64,000 nucleotides of DNA from Occultella glacieicola (lineage in GTDB: Bacteria; Actinomycetota; Actinomycetes; Actinomycetales; Beutenbergiaceae): the NCBI RefSeq assembly GCF_004353825.1, contig NZ_SMNA01000015.1, positions 1-64,000 on the forward strand, written 5' to 3'. Shown here in pieces: positions 19,001 to 28,010 of this stretch. The translations under genes were made by a program, and so were the position numbers. The notes beneath the pieces are model-generated. The model made no database searches. It was not told where the DNA came from and worked only from the letters and a program-made list of their open reading frames with translations. Positions within the stretch are counted from its first letter, which is position 1, and every line of letters starts with the position of its first letter.

Positions 19001-19793
19001 TGCCGCGGCGACGCCCACCGGCGAGGTGGTGGTCGGCGCCGAGGGACACTTCGACTTCGGCCCCGCGATCCTCGACGGATGGTTCACCGTCCTGGTGAAA
19101 GATGACCGCACCGCGCCGCCGGTGTGGCGCGATCCGGCGACCGTCGTCTTCGACCTCGGCGACGCCGCGCTCCGTTCGGCCGAGGAGATCCCGGACGAGT
19201 TGTCCTTCATCGCCCCGGCCGGCCAGGACGTCTACATGATCCAGCAGATCCAGGAGTCCGGGGTGCCGTGGCTGGGCTGGAACACCCAGCACGAAACCGT
19301 AGTGAACGGCCCCGGCGCGCGTGGCGTGGAGATGACGCTCGACGATGTGGAGGGCCCCGGTGAACTGGCCGTCTTCCTGAACGGCAACTTCGGCCAATTG
19401 GTCGGCCACCGGGTCGTGGACACCGTCGGTGGTCCGACGAGCTACACGATTCCTGGCAATACCCACCAGCACGGCAATTGGGTGTTCACCGAGGCCGGAG
19501 TGTATGCGGTCACGATCACGATCAGTGCCGACGGCGAGAGTGCCACCTCGACCCTGCAGTTCTCCGTGGGGCAGAGCGACCCAGCGGCGGCAGCGACCGG
19601 AACCACTTCGGCCACGACCGGCACCCAGGCCACGGCAGGCTCCGGAGTCACCGCGGACGGCGAGCCGTGCGTCCTTGCCTCCACCGGAGCGGACACCGAG
19701 ATGGGGCTTCTGGCGCTGGCCGGTGCACTCGTGATGCTGGCGGGTGGAGTCCTCGTGCGGGCCTCGCGGCGCAGGTCCTATGTCGGACGCTGA
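16050..19793 (+). CDS. TIGR03773-like anchored-repeat ABC transporter-associated surface protein
   Basis: Signal peptide, three GHxD...W.GW...HxHxNW.FT domains, four Ig-like spacers, then LASTG + TM + basic tail. Confidence 0.85.
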   Translation: MPPSAPRVGSRSRCSLLAVTAGLVALVGSVLAPLAPSAASERPLVLDHGHIDAFNVMLDDSGSPVLTLKEDVTGSHVSHAPEDVSLRVKEAALTSLPDIPNVPAQVRGTDVYYLPLSQDANLVWPGWDSQSLAGTGYDQVDIEIQDVTGPGEVYVWSSGAFGGLTSLLTDGGYALPNTIHQSYLAHVHANWAFTQAGEYHFTVQAFAINSTTGERIPTNTGEYHWIVGDVPEPAPTMLTIEGLANPYEPGAAVSLRAVPDVEAEGAAHGWETLGADGTWLQIEGQDTATLAGIAASDGQQVRAWLRLGEATLTSEPVTIEVNAAPQLPRALIIDGLEASYVQGADVRLEAKPDILVEGATYRWETSVDGETWTTSPATTGSVHTGIAQSDGQRLRVTIIIGGADVVTSAPVVLVVEAAAPVLPTSVSLEGLANPYAPGTSVTLTAVPDIPADGLVHQWSTSADGVTWHTIEADAGPVLTIPASDGQWVRVAIRFAGDELAVATPVTVRTLEEPITAPTRLTIGGLADSYVAGAAVALTAEPDVVVPGASYRWESSLDGTAWRAVTGQTTNSYSSTAEADGERIRAVLVLDGADVVTSQPVTIVLRSDSPGLCWALDLDHGHVDAFNVALIGGDPVLTLKEDVTGSHVQHAPEEVNLVVKAAALETLPDVASVPEGLRGVPAYYLPLNQDPNLLWPGWDSQGLAGSGFDQVDIRILEVHGPGEVYLWSTGSFGELDSLLVGDGYTLPGTIHQSYLAHVHANWAFTQPGTYHVTVEATAINSTTGARVTTNTGDYLFSVGDFVAAPGDHACPSDGPAVPTLAPAAPAEDELTDATRGGVTVSPAEVDAGEQVTVEVGDAVAGDFAAAFIFSEPHLLNPTVDGGWNRTNATGAFQVSIPRDTAPGDHRVAVVDRDSELVGWADVLVTEAADPDPTPPPGTTPPRGVTPPGGSAPGGTNPGGTPQLCRPVAASATPTSGTGANPSVNGAAATPTGEVVVGAEGHFDFGPAILDGWFTVLVKDDRTAPPVWRDPATVVFDLGDAALRSAEEIPDELSFIAPAGQDVYMIQQIQESGVPWLGWNTQHETVVNGPGARGVEMTLDDVEGPGELAVFLNGNFGQLVGHRVVDTVGGPTSYTIPGNTHQHGNWVFTEAGVYAVTITISADGESATSTLQFSVGQSDPAAAATGTTSATTGTQATAGSGVTADGEPCVLASTGADTEMGLLALAGALVMLAGGVLVRASRRRSYVGR

Positions 19794-21369
19794 CCATCGA
19801 ACGGCGGGGCCATGCCGGCCCCGCCGTGTCGCCGGCGTCGGCACCGTCGCGGCGGTCGCAATGCTGGTGGCTGGCTGCTCGCTCGTACGGGACAGCGCGG
19901 CGGAAGCGGACCGTCCGTCGATCGTGACGACGACGGGCATCATTGCGGATCTCGCCCGCAATGTGGTCGGGGACCGCATGGATGTGCACTCGCTGGTCCC
20001 GGAGGGTGGGGACCCGCACTCCTACGAGCCGTCGTTGCGGGACGTGCGAGCCGTCGCGTATGCGGATGCGGCGTTCTCCAACTACGTGCTGCTCGAGGCG
20101 CACTCCATCATCCGCACGCTCGACGCCAACCTCGCCGAGGGTGTTCCCAATGTGGCGCTCGCGGAGGCAGGCGTCCGGTACGCCGCCGAGATCATCCCGC
20201 TGGTCGAGAACATCTCGCTCGACACGGTCTGGCTCGGCATGCGGGTACGCGGCACCGGTGCGCACAACGGCGCTGACCGTGCGTCATCGGTGGAGCTGAC
20301 GGCCACCGAAGTGCGTGGTCCCGGTGAGATGTTCGCCTACCTGACCGAGACGTTCGGGGACCCGGACTTCTCGGTGAACTCCAGCGACGGCCTCAGCGAT
20401 GCCGACGTGACCGTCCTGCCACCGGACGCGCACACCCATATGAGCTGGGCGTTCACAGAGGTTGGCGTGTATGAGGTGACCTTCGCCGCGCACCTGGACG
20501 TCACCGAGGACGAGCGGGTCGAACTCGGCGCTCCGACGACGGTGACCTTCGCCGTCGGGGTCGATCCCCACTCGGTGCCCGGGATGGAGGGCGCGACGGT
20601 GCTCGACTCCGGCCACGCGGACGTCACGGTCGACCTGGATGCACCCGGTGGCGACATCTACCTGTACGTGGACCCGCATGGGGGTGGCGACCAGACGCAG
20701 GAGGTCCATTCGGCGCGGGAGGTTGTGGTGTCGGTGCCGACCCGGGCACTCCACGAGATTCCGGGGGACCCGCGGTTCCGCTTCCTCGGCCGGGCCGGCG
20801 AGCTGGTCTACCAACTGCCGCAGGCGGTCCTCGGCGCCCACGTGCACGGGGAGATCGACCCGCACCTGTGGCAGAACGTGCGCAACGCGCAGGCTTACGT
20901 GGAGATCATCCGGGACACCGTCATCGAGGTGGATCCGGCCGGTGCCGCGCAGTACCGGGCGAACACGGCCGCGTACCTTCGTGAACTCGAAGTGCTGGAC
21001 ACCTATGTCGAGCAGACGATCGAATCGATTCCCCTCTCTCGCCGGCACCTGGTCACGACCCACGACGCGTTCGGCTACCTCGGCGCGGCCTACGGCGTCG
21101 ACATCGCCGGCTTCGTGACGCCGAACCCGGCGACCGAGCCGAGCATCGCCGAACGCAGGCGACTCGTCGAGACCATTCGAAACCTGAGGGTGCCAGCGGT
21201 GTTCCTGGAACCGAACCTGATCTCGCGTTCGAGCACGTTGCGGGAGGTTGCCCGGGAACTCGACATCGAGGTCTGCCGGATCTACGGCGACGCCTTCGAC
21301 ACCGACGTGACCACCTACATCGAGATGATGCGCTTCAACGCTGACTCTCTCCGCGACTGCCTGACCTGA
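19780..21369 (+). CDS. Anchored-repeat ABC transporter metal-binding lipoprotein (TIGR03772-like, cluster A-I)
   Basis: Lipobox LVAGC, DPHSYEPS, DPHLW, TTHDAFGY, with a large repeat insertion. Confidence 0.9.
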   Translation: MSDADHRTAGPCRPRRVAGVGTVAAVAMLVAGCSLVRDSAAEADRPSIVTTTGIIADLARNVVGDRMDVHSLVPEGGDPHSYEPSLRDVRAVAYADAAFSNYVLLEAHSIIRTLDANLAEGVPNVALAEAGVRYAAEIIPLVENISLDTVWLGMRVRGTGAHNGADRASSVELTATEVRGPGEMFAYLTETFGDPDFSVNSSDGLSDADVTVLPPDAHTHMSWAFTEVGVYEVTFAAHLDVTEDERVELGAPTTVTFAVGVDPHSVPGMEGATVLDSGHADVTVDLDAPGGDIYLYVDPHGGGDQTQEVHSAREVVVSVPTRALHEIPGDPRFRFLGRAGELVYQLPQAVLGAHVHGEIDPHLWQNVRNAQAYVEIIRDTVIEVDPAGAAQYRANTAAYLRELEVLDTYVEQTIESIPLSRRHLVTTHDAFGYLGAAYGVDIAGFVTPNPATEPSIAERRRLVETIRNLRVPAVFLEPNLISRSSTLREVARELDIEVCRIYGDAFDTDVTTYIEMMRFNADSLRDCLT

Positions 21370-21377
21370 GGAGTTCC

Positions 21378-22358
21378 GTGATTCCCCCGAACGTCCGCCG
21401 CAGGCGGCTTGCCCTTGCCCTGACCGCCGTGGCACTGATAGGAACCACCGCCGTTCCCAGCGCGGTGGCCGACACCGCGGATGACCTCGACCAGACCGTG
21501 GATCCCGATGAAGCTCTCGGACAGGGGCAGGTCGTGGTCGATTCCGGCCATCTCGACATCGGGCCACGGCTGCCGGGCGGCACATGGCAGCTGCAGATCC
21601 GCGACGACTCCCAGGCACCCCCGGTGTGGCGGTATCCACAGGACGTGGTGTTCCACCTGCTCGACGACTCGATCCTGCCGGCTCCCGCGGAGGAGGAGTT
21701 CGACTTCATCGACGCGGAGCCGGGGTCCGAGGTCTACGTCATCCCACAGACCCAACTGACCGAGGTCGTGTGGGTCGGCTGGAACAGCCAGGACCCCGAG
21801 GTGGTCTCACAACTGGCCGGTGGGATGACCCTGCGGTTCCACGGCGCGCAGGGACCGGGCCAGTTCACGCTGTTCCTGCAGAGCGGGAACTTCGACCCCC
21901 CTCAGCTGCTGTGGACGTCCGACGATCCGGAACCCCAGGACATCTGGGCCGACGCCAACACCCACGTGCACGGCAACTGGGTCTTCACCGAGCCCGGCGC
22001 CTATCTCATGGACGTCGAGGTGCTCGCGGAACTGACCGACGGCACCTCGGTCAGTGACCGTAGCCTGCTCCGATTCGCCGTCGGTACCGCCGCTGATCCC
22101 GAGGCACTCTTCGGATCGGAGTGGGACGCGGCGGGAGCCGTGGCCGACCCCGACGGTTCGGTGGGCCTCGACAGTTCGGATGACTCGGACCCGAGCGACT
22201 CTGGATCTTCAGGCACGAATGCCGCCGGCGACACGGGCGGACCACCGATCGCCGTCGTTGCCGGGGGCGGGGCACTGATGGTCGTGGCCGCCGCAGCCAT
22301 CGTCGGGGGACTGCGCTCGCGGCGAGCGCGGCGCCAGGCCGAGTCGGAGTCGGAGTGA
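21378..22358 (+). CDS. Single TIGR03769-domain membrane-anchored protein
   Basis: SGHLDIGP, WVGWN, GPG, HVHGNWVFT, C-terminal TM + RSRRARR. GAGGAG RBS. Confidence 0.85.
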   Translation: MIPPNVRRRRLALALTAVALIGTTAVPSAVADTADDLDQTVDPDEALGQGQVVVDSGHLDIGPRLPGGTWQLQIRDDSQAPPVWRYPQDVVFHLLDDSILPAPAEEEFDFIDAEPGSEVYVIPQTQLTEVVWVGWNSQDPEVVSQLAGGMTLRFHGAQGPGQFTLFLQSGNFDPPQLLWTSDDPEPQDIWADANTHVHGNWVFTEPGAYLMDVEVLAELTDGTSVSDRSLLRFAVGTAADPEALFGSEWDAAGAVADPDGSVGLDSSDDSDPSDSGSSGTNAAGDTGGPPIAVVAGGGALMVVAAAAIVGGLRSRRARRQAESESE

Positions 22359-23125
22359 GCACGCGGCCCAGGCCCGGCGCGACGCCCGCACTGCGGGTGC
22401 AGGACCTGGCGGTGGATCTTGGCGGCCGACCGGTCCTGCACAACGTCAGCCTCGACGTGGACGCCGGCGAGCTCGTCGGGCTGGTCGGTCCGAACGGGGC
22501 GGGCAAGACCACGCTGCTGCGCGCCGTGCTGGCGCTCGTGCGCACCCGAGCCGGCGCCGTTCGCATCGACGGCGACACCTCCCGCCGTGCACGGACCCAG
22601 GTCGGCTACGTGCCACAGCGGCACGAGTTCTCCTGGGACTTCCCGATCAGCGTCGAGGGTGTGGTGCTGACCGGACGAGTCGGCTCGATCGGGTGGCTGC
22701 GTCGGCCTGGCGTGGATGACTATCGGGCCGTGCGCGAAGCACTCGACAAGGTGCGGATGACCGACCTTCGTCATCGGACCGTCGGGGAACTGTCCGGTGG
22801 GCAGCGCCAGCGGGTGCTCGTGGCCAGGGCGCTGGCGCTGCGCCCGAGGCTGTTGTTGCTCGACGAGCCCTTCACCGGCCTGGACATTCCGACGCAGGAA
22901 CTCCTGACCGATCTGTTCCTCGATCTCAGTTCCGAGGGCCGGGCCCTGCTGATGACCACCCATGACCTCACCGGGGCCCGGCACGCGTGCTCGCGGCTGT
23001 GCCTGATCAACCGAACCGTGATCGCGGACGGCCCACCACAGGAGTTGACCGACCCCGACGTATGGATCCGTACCTTCGGCTTCCGTACGGGATCGCCCCT
23101 GCTGACCCAGCTGGGGGTGTCGTGA
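22355..23125 (+). CDS. Metal ABC transporter ATPase (TIGR03771-like)
   Basis: GPNGAGKT, YVPQ, LSGGQRQR, LLLLDEP. Confidence 0.93.
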   Translation: MSTRPRPGATPALRVQDLAVDLGGRPVLHNVSLDVDAGELVGLVGPNGAGKTTLLRAVLALVRTRAGAVRIDGDTSRRARTQVGYVPQRHEFSWDFPISVEGVVLTGRVGSIGWLRRPGVDDYRAVREALDKVRMTDLRHRTVGELSGGQRQRVLVARALALRPRLLLLDEPFTGLDIPTQELLTDLFLDLSSEGRALLMTTHDLTGARHACSRLCLINRTVIADGPPQELTDPDVWIRTFGFRTGSPLLTQLGVS

Positions 23126-24027
23126 TGTTGTCCTTCACCGAGTTCCTCGCGGACCTGTCCAACCCGCTGCTGACGTTCCTGCCCAAGGCGCTCTTGATCG
23201 CCGTCATGTCCTCTGTGGTCTGCGGGGTCATCGGGTGCTACGTGGTGTTGCGGGGCATGGCGTTCATCGGCGACGCCGTTGCCCACGCCGTGTTTCCGGG
23301 CCTGGCCGTCGCGTTCGTGCTGCAGGGGTCCCTGGTGCTCGGGGGGATGGTCGCGGGTGTGCTGACCGCCGTGCTGGTGGCCGTGTTCTCACAGAACCGT
23401 CGGCTCAAGGAGGACAGTGTCATCGGCATCTTCTTTGCCGCCGCGTTCGCCTTGGGCATCGTGATCATCTCCCGGTCGCCGGGATACGCGGGATCGCTGC
23501 AGAGCTTCCTGTTCGGGTCGATCACGGGCATCCCCGACGAGGACGTCTACACGGTCGCGGGCGCCGGTGCGGTCCTGCTTCTGGCCGCGCTCGCGATCCA
23601 CAAGGAGATCGTGGCGGCGAGTCTTGATCGTGAGATGGCCCGGTCGATGGGCCTACCCGTGTTCGCGATCGACCTGACGTTGTACGTCATGGTGACCATC
23701 GCCGTCGTCGTCTCCGTGCAGACCATCGGGAACATCCTCGTGCTCGCGCTGCTCATCACACCGGCGGCTACGGCCCGGCTGCTGACCGATCGCCTCGGCC
23801 TCATGATGGTGCTTGCCCCGGTCCTCGGGGCTGCGGCCGCGCTCATCGGCGTCTACCTGTCCTGGTCACTCGACCTGCCGACCGGAGGCACGATCGTGCT
23901 GACCTCGACCGTGTTGTTCCTGATCACCTGGGCGATCGCCCCCAAGCACGGGATGCTCGGCAGGATCCTCCCAGCGCACGTCCACCACGCCCGCGCGGAC
24001 GTTCGTGATCTCGATCCGGTCGGATGA
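23125..24027 (+). CDS. Metal ABC transporter permease (TIGR03770-like, ZnuB family)
   Basis: GMAFIGDAVAHAVFPG, KEDSVIG, FLFGSI, LITPAATA. Confidence 0.93.
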   Translation: MLSFTEFLADLSNPLLTFLPKALLIAVMSSVVCGVIGCYVVLRGMAFIGDAVAHAVFPGLAVAFVLQGSLVLGGMVAGVLTAVLVAVFSQNRRLKEDSVIGIFFAAAFALGIVIISRSPGYAGSLQSFLFGSITGIPDEDVYTVAGAGAVLLLAALAIHKEIVAASLDREMARSMGLPVFAIDLTLYVMVTIAVVVSVQTIGNILVLALLITPAATARLLTDRLGLMMVLAPVLGAAAALIGVYLSWSLDLPTGGTIVLTSTVLFLITWAIAPKHGMLGRILPAHVHHARADVRDLDPVG

Positions 24028-26547
24028 CCGGGTGATCATGGACTCCGCCGGTGCCTCGACGGTGATCGGCTCGGCCGGGACGAGGTCGCCGCGGTGGAGG
24101 ATGACGCGGGCGGTCGTGTTCGGCGGCGTGGTGACGCGAAGGTGGCCACGGCTGCGGTCGTAGTCGACCGTGACCGGGCCCCGGATGGTCGGGACCGTCC
24201 CGGACATGCGGCCGAGAGGACCGGGACGCGGTTCGATCACGAGGCGTGCAGCCCCGGGCGCCTCCGGACGCACCCCGAGGATCCATCGAGCGATCACGTT
24301 GACCGGAGCGGACCCCCAGGCGTGGGAGTAGGTCATGTTGGGCTTCAAGGACGGATCCCAGGCCTCGGGGACGATCGTGGCCGCGAGGTCGTCGATCAGG
24401 TGCAGCCAACTGTTCGGCCCGGACGCGGACATGAGCGCGAGTGCCTGGTCGCTCCGGCTCGCCCGGCAGAGGGCTTCCAGGAGGAACTGGGCACCGTAGA
24501 CGCTCATCCTCATGCCGCCGCGGCAGAGCAAGTCACCGAGCCCCGCGAGCCGGTCGGCAGGAGCGAGGCCGAGAGCGACCGGGAACGCCGTGGCATGTTG
24601 GCTGTGATGGGTCGAACCCAGCCCGTCACGGTAGGCGGACGCGTCGAGCAGCAGCGAGTTGACGGCGGTGGCCATCCGGTCGGCCAGGGCACTGTAGTGG
24701 GCGGCCTCGTCCGCACGGTCGATGACCTCGGCGATCCGGGCGAGGGCAGCGTAGGCGGCGGCCTGGAAGGCGTTCAGGACCGTGTTCACCTCGGTGAACT
24801 CGTACCCGTCCCGGTAGGTGGCCGGCCAGTCGACGAGGTCGGAGTCCCATCCGCTGGTCGGTCCCGGTTCCTTGCGCAGCAGGCCGTTCCCACCGAGGTG
24901 GTCGTCGTAGTTGAGTCCTTGCCAGAGGTCGAAGTCGGTGCGCAGCTGCCGGTCGTCCCCGGTGGCGACGTAGTCCTCCCAGGCCATCAGGACCGGCATC
25001 AGGTGGTACTCGGACGGCCAGGTGGAGCGCCGGGTGAGGTATTCGCCGGAGTAGCGTGCCAGCGCGTAGCTGCGCTCGACCGCGTACTGGGAGAGCTGGT
25101 TCACGTACGCGTCTCCCTCGTACGGGCCGCGCTCTCGGGCCGGGGTGTCGAGGTACACGTCGAGCGAGGTGGCCTCGATCGAGTACCGGCAGAGCTCCCA
25201 CACGCGGTCCAGATCCGGGTCGGAGGAGGAGAACGCAGCACCGCCCACATAGGGGGAGTGGAGCACGACGGGCCTGACCGCGTGGGTCAGGTCGAGCGCC
25301 GGGTCCGCGGCGAGCTCGACGTAGCGGAACGCCCGGTACCCCCAGTGCTCCACCGACTGCGGACCCTCACGCAACGTCCAGACGTCCTCGTAGACGTTGC
25401 CCGTCCGCATCCGGAACCGGACGCGTCCGTCCTCCTGCTCCTCGCCGAGGCGCACCTGCACGCGCACCCCCGCAGTGCCGGCGGTGCCGTCGATGTCGAG
25501 GCGGATCCCGCCGACGATCTCGCGGCCGAGGTCGACGAACCAGCGGCCGTCCGGCCGGCGGGCCGCCTCGGCGACCTCGCCGACGCTCTGCTCGATGCTC
25601 ACGATCGCCGGGGCCGGACCGGGCGGCGCCCCGCGCGCGAGGGCCGGTGCCCAGTCGCCGTCGTCGAACCCGGGCTCGGTCCAACCCACGGGTTCGTGCC
25701 TGAGGTCCCAGTCCTCGCGGGGGGCGCGGTACCACCCGCCGCCGACGTCCGTCGTCCCGGGGAGCATCGTCGCCCCGCTCGCGGCCCGCCACCGGGTGGA
25801 GGTGGGTACTTCGATGCGGCGACCGTCGGCGAGCACCACGACAAGTCGTGCGACGAACTGCCGACCGTGCTCGGCCCAGCACAACGCCGCCAGCGCGTTC
25901 CCGCCCGGCCGCAGGACCCTCGAGAGATCGTGGGTGTGATACCTGGCGCGCGCGTCCGAGGCGCGCACGCTGCCACGCCCGGCGACGTGCCCGTTGGCCC
26001 ACAACTTGTAGACGTACTGCCGCCCACCCCGCGGCCCGGCCCCCGCCGTCGGCCCACCCTCGGGCGAGCACCCCGCGGCCTCGACGAACGCCGCCAGCAC
26101 CGGCACCTCCGGAAGGTCGAACTCGGTGCGTAGGAGCACCCAGGAGTTCTCGACGCCGGAGTCCTCGACGACGACGGGCCCCCAGATCGGCGTGCCACCC
26201 CAGGTCCCGGCCGCGGTGACGAACCGGGACGGCGCCGCCCAGTCCCCGGCCACCGACGTGTCGACACGCACCCGCCACCAGTACGGCCTCGAGGGCTCCA
26301 GCCGCGGGCCCGCGTACGGGACGGCGGTCGACGACCTCGACTCGACCGTCCCGCTGTCCCAGACCGGCGCTCCGAACGACGTCGGCGCCGCGGCGACCTG
26401 GACCCGGAACCGCACCTGCATGCCGTCGCCGAGCGGCGGGACCAGCCAGGAGAACCGGGCCCCGGCCACGTCCACACCGACCGGTTCGGACTGCAGGTCG
26501 ACCATCAGGCCGGACGGTCGGACGTCCGGCACCCGCGGACGGGTCAA
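23866..26547 (-). CDS. GH78 alpha-L-rhamnosidase-family glycoside hydrolase
   Basis: DLGREIVG, RAFRYVE, DTPARER.PYEGD, LVDWP, EAWD...SHAWGSAP. TTG 26547 overlaps the upstream TGA. Confidence 0.85.
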   Translation of the reverse strand: MTRPRVPDVRPSGLMVDLQSEPVGVDVAGARFSWLVPPLGDGMQVRFRVQVAAAPTSFGAPVWDSGTVESRSSTAVPYAGPRLEPSRPYWWRVRVDTSVAGDWAAPSRFVTAAGTWGGTPIWGPVVVEDSGVENSWVLLRTEFDLPEVPVLAAFVEAAGCSPEGGPTAGAGPRGGRQYVYKLWANGHVAGRGSVRASDARARYHTHDLSRVLRPGGNALAALCWAEHGRQFVARLVVVLADGRRIEVPTSTRWRAASGATMLPGTTDVGGGWYRAPREDWDLRHEPVGWTEPGFDDGDWAPALARGAPPGPAPAIVSIEQSVGEVAEAARRPDGRWFVDLGREIVGGIRLDIDGTAGTAGVRVQVRLGEEQEDGRVRFRMRTGNVYEDVWTLREGPQSVEHWGYRAFRYVELAADPALDLTHAVRPVVLHSPYVGGAAFSSSDPDLDRVWELCRYSIEATSLDVYLDTPARERGPYEGDAYVNQLSQYAVERSYALARYSGEYLTRRSTWPSEYHLMPVLMAWEDYVATGDDRQLRTDFDLWQGLNYDDHLGGNGLLRKEPGPTSGWDSDLVDWPATYRDGYEFTEVNTVLNAFQAAAYAALARIAEVIDRADEAAHYSALADRMATAVNSLLLDASAYRDGLGSTHHSQHATAFPVALGLAPADRLAGLGDLLCRGGMRMSVYGAQFLLEALCRASRSDQALALMSASGPNSWLHLIDDLAATIVPEAWDPSLKPNMTYSHAWGSAPVNVIARWILGVRPEAPGAARLVIEPRPGPLGRMSGTVPTIRGPVTVDYDRSRGHLRVTTPPNTTARVILHRGDLVPAEPITVEAPAESMITRSSDRIEITNVRAGVVDVRWEDPAEHPVLGGDRPGDQEQHGRGQHDRASGRQVE

Positions 26548-28010
26548 CGAGCCGGCGGCCGTCGAGCCGACCGCAGCGTCATCCCGGCGCCGTCGGCCCC
26601 CGGTGGCGTCCGATAGTGCAGCCACCACGTCCCGTCGGGGGCGGGCTCGACCTGTTCCAGAACGGCGGGACCATCGACGGCGACCTCCAGCCCGGGCAGC
26701 CGCCACCGCTGCGACGTCACCGATCCGCCGTCGAGCCCGTCCGCTCGGACCTGGAACGCGAACAGGCCACCCGCCGGCCATCCCAACCGGACCTCGGCGC
26801 CGTCGCCACCGGACGGCGACACGGCGACGTCGATCGTGAGCTCGCTGACCAGCCGGAGCCAGCCCACGCCGTCCCCCACGCGCCAGTGGGCGGTCAACGG
26901 GTGGAACTGGTCGTTCAGGTTCCCCCGGTCACCACCGACGTGCTCGGCGCCGACCATGAGGTGCTCCTCGAGCACGGCGGACGCGACGCGTCGGCCGACG
27001 ATCGGCTGTTCGAGGGTGTGCCGGCCCGGGAAGGTCCGGAGCGCGGCGTGCACCTCGGCCGGAAGGTCAGGAACGCCGAGCTCGGCAACCGATGGAGCGA
27101 GTGCGAGGTCCCACTGGTGCTCGAACGGCGCGCCGACGTCCGGGAACGCCGATCGCTCCCCCAACGCCTGCCACAGCCACAGGCCGACCCCGCTCGCGTA
27201 GGCGCTCAGGTCCATGCCGTAGGAACGGTCGTAGGGACCGGCGAGGTTGCGCAGACCCGCGTGGTAGTGGTCCGCGATGTCGCGCCAGAGCGCGATCTCG
27301 ACGGCGCAGGCTCGCTCGGCGATGGGCGTCCCGTTGCCGTAGCGGCGCCACAGGGCGAGCGCATAGAGGTCGATGCCGTAGTAGGTGGGCGAGTTGTACT
27401 CCTCGAACACCCCGCCGGAATCGAAGAGGTCGAGGACCTGCCCCATCAGGTCGAGCCCGCGAGCGTCGTCGCCATGATCGCCCCGCCGTCGCCCGACGGC
27501 GTGCATGAGGAAGCCGGCCATCAGCGCGATGTTCGAGTAGCGAGGACTCACCCCCCGCGCGCGGGTCCCGGCGACCGCCAGCTCGAGCGCATGCTCGATC
27601 CGCCCGACGAGCTCGCCCGGGAGCACCCGCTCCCACTCGCTGAGCACCATGAACAGGGTGCAGCCGACGAACTCACGCCAGTTGGGGTCGTAGTCCCGGA
27701 ACGCCCGGGCCTCCGGGCCCGGCGACGGCTCGTCCGGCCAGCGGAGCCAGGTGCCGTGCCAGGGTGTCCCCGGTCGGTCCAGCTGCCGGTCCAGCACGGC
27801 TTCGAGCGCGACCACGGCCCGCTCGGTGTCCCCGGCCCGACCGCGCGCGAGCAGCCCCAGGGCGTACCAGCCCGTCTCCCGTACCCGCGCGCGCCGCGGT
27901 GCCTGACCCCACGCGGGATCGGTGATGAGGTGGGTGTTCGGGTCCCACCACTGGTCCAGGACCGCCATCGAGGCGGCCGCCAGCGAGTGGTCGCTCGTCG
28001 GCGTGCTCAT
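26544..28010 (-). CDS. Conserved hypothetical protein, probably helical-toroid carbohydrate-active
   Basis: YDPNWREF, YSNIALM, EYNSPTYYGIDLYAL, GPYDRSYG. Coupled to both neighbours by stop/start overlaps. Confidence 0.7.
   Translation of the reverse strand: MSTPTSDHSLAAASMAVLDQWWDPNTHLITDPAWGQAPRRARVRETGWYALGLLARGRAGDTERAVVALEAVLDRQLDRPGTPWHGTWLRWPDEPSPGPEARAFRDYDPNWREFVGCTLFMVLSEWERVLPGELVGRIEHALELAVAGTRARGVSPRYSNIALMAGFLMHAVGRRRGDHGDDARGLDLMGQVLDLFDSGGVFEEYNSPTYYGIDLYALALWRRYGNGTPIAERACAVEIALWRDIADHYHAGLRNLAGPYDRSYGMDLSAYASGVGLWLWQALGERSAFPDVGAPFEHQWDLALAPSVAELGVPDLPAEVHAALRTFPGRHTLEQPIVGRRVASAVLEEHLMVGAEHVGGDRGNLNDQFHPLTAHWRVGDGVGWLRLVSELTIDVAVSPSGGDGAEVRLGWPAGGLFAFQVRADGLDGGSVTSQRWRLPGLEVAVDGPAVLEQVEPAPDGTWWLHYRTPPGADGAGMTLRSARRPPAR

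Noticed and set aside
11738..24027. Mobile genomic island
   Set aside because: No integrase, transposase, tRNA or flanking direct repeats were seen; only junction oddities, which are reported separately.
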